From NCBI GenBank assembly GCA_963793425.1, contig CAWCAG010000001.1:96001-160000 (forward strand): a stretch of 64,000 nucleotides of DNA. Direction: 5' to 3'. The notes beneath the pieces are model-generated. The model was not told the origin of the DNA and searched no databases. It was given only the letters and a program-made list of their open reading frames with translations. This document shows, piece after piece, positions 62,453 through 64,000 of the stretch. The DNA comes from an uncultured cyanobacterium (GTDB taxonomy: Bacteria > Cyanobacteriota > Cyanobacteriia > Cyanobacteriales > CAWCAG01). Each line of letters starts with the position of its first letter. Within the stretch, counting starts at the first letter, position 1. The position numbers and the translations under genes are program-made.

Positions 62453-63093
62453 CTGTAGCCAGATTGCAACAGGAAAAAGGACTAAGGGAAGTTGATGGCA
62501 AAATTGGTTATGGAACCAGAAAAATTCTTGGTATCACCCATCGACTCTTTGACGAACAAGAAAACTATGGTGTTGATTATTTTCCTGGGGAACCATTCGT
62601 AGGAGGAGCAGGAGACCAATACGAAATTGATCCTAACGATGTTCGTCAAGGGGCTTTAGGCAACTGCTACTTTGCTGCGGCCATGATGGCTGTAGCTAAA
62701 GCCAATCCCAGTTTGATTAGGAAACTGATCAAAAGCAATGGTGATGGAACTTACACAATTACTTTGTATACCGAAAAAGGAACTGAAGACTTTTTGGTAA
62801 CTCCCTACTTTCCTGCTTATCGTTATTCAGCAGATGTGAACTTACCAGCCTATGCTGGTTATGGGGATATTCAGCCCAATTTAGCAGAAATTTGGCCTAT
62901 GCTCCTAGAAAAAGCTTATGCCATGCATCTAGAAACATATGGTGAAAGTGAAAAAGGGGCAGGAGGATATGACCTGGTGGGTAAAGGTGGTAACGTTGGG
63001 AAAGCCATTAAAACCCTAACAGGACCTACTACCCCAGAATATTCAGAGAAACACACATACCAAATGCCCGATATACATTTGGTAAAAGATTGA
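62425..63093 (+). pseudogene. Fragment: peptidoglycan-binding domain half plus calpain-like (C2) cysteine peptidase N-lobe
   Basis: [31 protein letters not shown] (PG-binding); DVRQGALGNCYF, EIWPMLLEKAYA; no catalytic His/Asn lobe seen. Confidence 0.78.
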
Positions 63094-63574
63094 AGAGACT
63101 TGGCTTAACTAGAGTGCGATCGCACTTTGTAGGGTGGGCAAGATAAGCAAGTGTAGTGACAAATCATCTGATTCTTGGTTTACCATTGAGTCTCATCCTC
63201 CTTCTATAGTCCCATACGGCACTTCCGTAACATTCTTTGTCCAGCCAAAAGGAAGTATCACAATAGCCCCAGGATATGGATATCGATTCGTATGGGAACT
63301 AGTGACATACAAAGGTAGTAATCAATCTAGCTCTATATCCCTCTTATGTCATTCTCCGGTTTTTCCTATTATTTGAACTTTCTAGATAGGGTCTATACTA
63401 AAGGATGCAGAGTTTGATAACTTGATTTTGGTAATTTTGCTGCCCGCAAGAATTTGTAGGAAGAAAAAACAAGTGCGATCGCAGCATATACAGAAGTTCC
63501 AGAATTTGGAAATAACAAATGTTCTCGGAAAGTGACATAAGTGGGATATACAAGCTGTTTGTGTTTATTAAATT

Positions 63575-63886
63575 ATGCCAATTTCTAAAAACCGAGTAGA
63601 CTTTTTCGATGAATTTGTTAAAGTAGCGGAAGAAAAAAAAGCTTTTTGGGCTGTAGGGAGTAACAACGGCTATGTTGTCATGATTACTCTTGATAAAGAG
63701 GCTGAATATCCCAAGCTAGAGGACACTCCTAACTATAAAGGAAGTTTTTTTACGATACAAGATGTGTTGCGATTCGATCCAGCCTTTAATTGGGATGGTT
63801 GGGATATTGAAGCCTTCAAACGAGTAAAAGAATTAGCTAAGTCAAGATTGGAATCTGATAAGAAAAAGCGGTCAACGCAAGAGTGA
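63575..63886 (+). CDS. Hypothetical 103-aa protein (possible immunity protein)
   Basis: Clean ATG ORF in the cassette downstream of the effector. Confidence 0.6.
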   Translation: MPISKNRVDFFDEFVKVAEEKKAFWAVGSNNGYVVMITLDKEAEYPKLEDTPNYKGSFFTIQDVLRFDPAFNWDGWDIEAFKRVKELAKSRLESDKKKRSTQE

Positions 63887-63922
63887 TTAAGTTAGTAGTG
63901 GTTTTTTACAAAAAAATCAACG

Positions 63923-64000
63923 ATGAATGACTATCAAGTAGATAAAATCAGAGGCATCATTTTTGGTCAAGCGGTCGGTGATGCACTTGGTTTCGGCACT
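63923..64000 (+). CDS. ADP-ribosylglycohydrolase family protein, N-terminus; runs off window
   Basis: Manual translation MNDYQVDKIRGIIFGQAVGDALGFGT (D+.RG...G.AVGDALG signature). Confidence 0.85.
   Translation, partial: MNDYQVDKIRGIIFGQAVGDALGFGT

Noticed and set aside
54939..64000. Complete contractile injection system
   Set aside because: No sheath, tube, baseplate or spike genes in the window; only ATPase and effector-type genes

Overview
Cyanobacterial chromosome segment: HIP1 octamer GCGATCGC seen about 20 times by eye, plus photosystem genes and heptamer STRR repeats. Most of it is housekeeping: rpoC2 3' end, cpcT, hisC, hisS, psaE-mutM-ndhO-mdh, psbY, psbQ, psb27, pfkA, two tRNA-Leu, recF, a P-type ATPase, radC, phoX, the flv4-sll0218-flv2 operon and trxA. 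Two accessory regions stand out. (1) 22.7-33.4 kb: a Tat-signal caspase-family gene and two paralogous signal-peptide TPR-CHAT protease genes. The caspase and the second CHAT gene share a ~56-bp promoter-like element. The CHAT copies have conserved ends but different TPR arrays, and they enclose a cargo patch (vapBC relics, an unknown two-gene cassette, a 2OG-Fe(II) oxygenase, xisH/xisI). (2) 54.7-64 kb: an eCIS-type effector locus with an IS630 remnant, a 5'-truncated Afp15-like AAA ATPase and a ~1650-aa DUF4157 protein ending in a nucleotidyltransferase-like domain. It continues with WD40 genes, a PG-binding/calpain fragment and the start of an ADP-ribosylglycohydrolase. A probable sRNA lies at 17.7-17.8 kb. 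Several single-base frameshifts in homopolymers suggest consensus errors, so pseudogene calls are tentative. All family calls come from motif recognition by eye; no database search was run.
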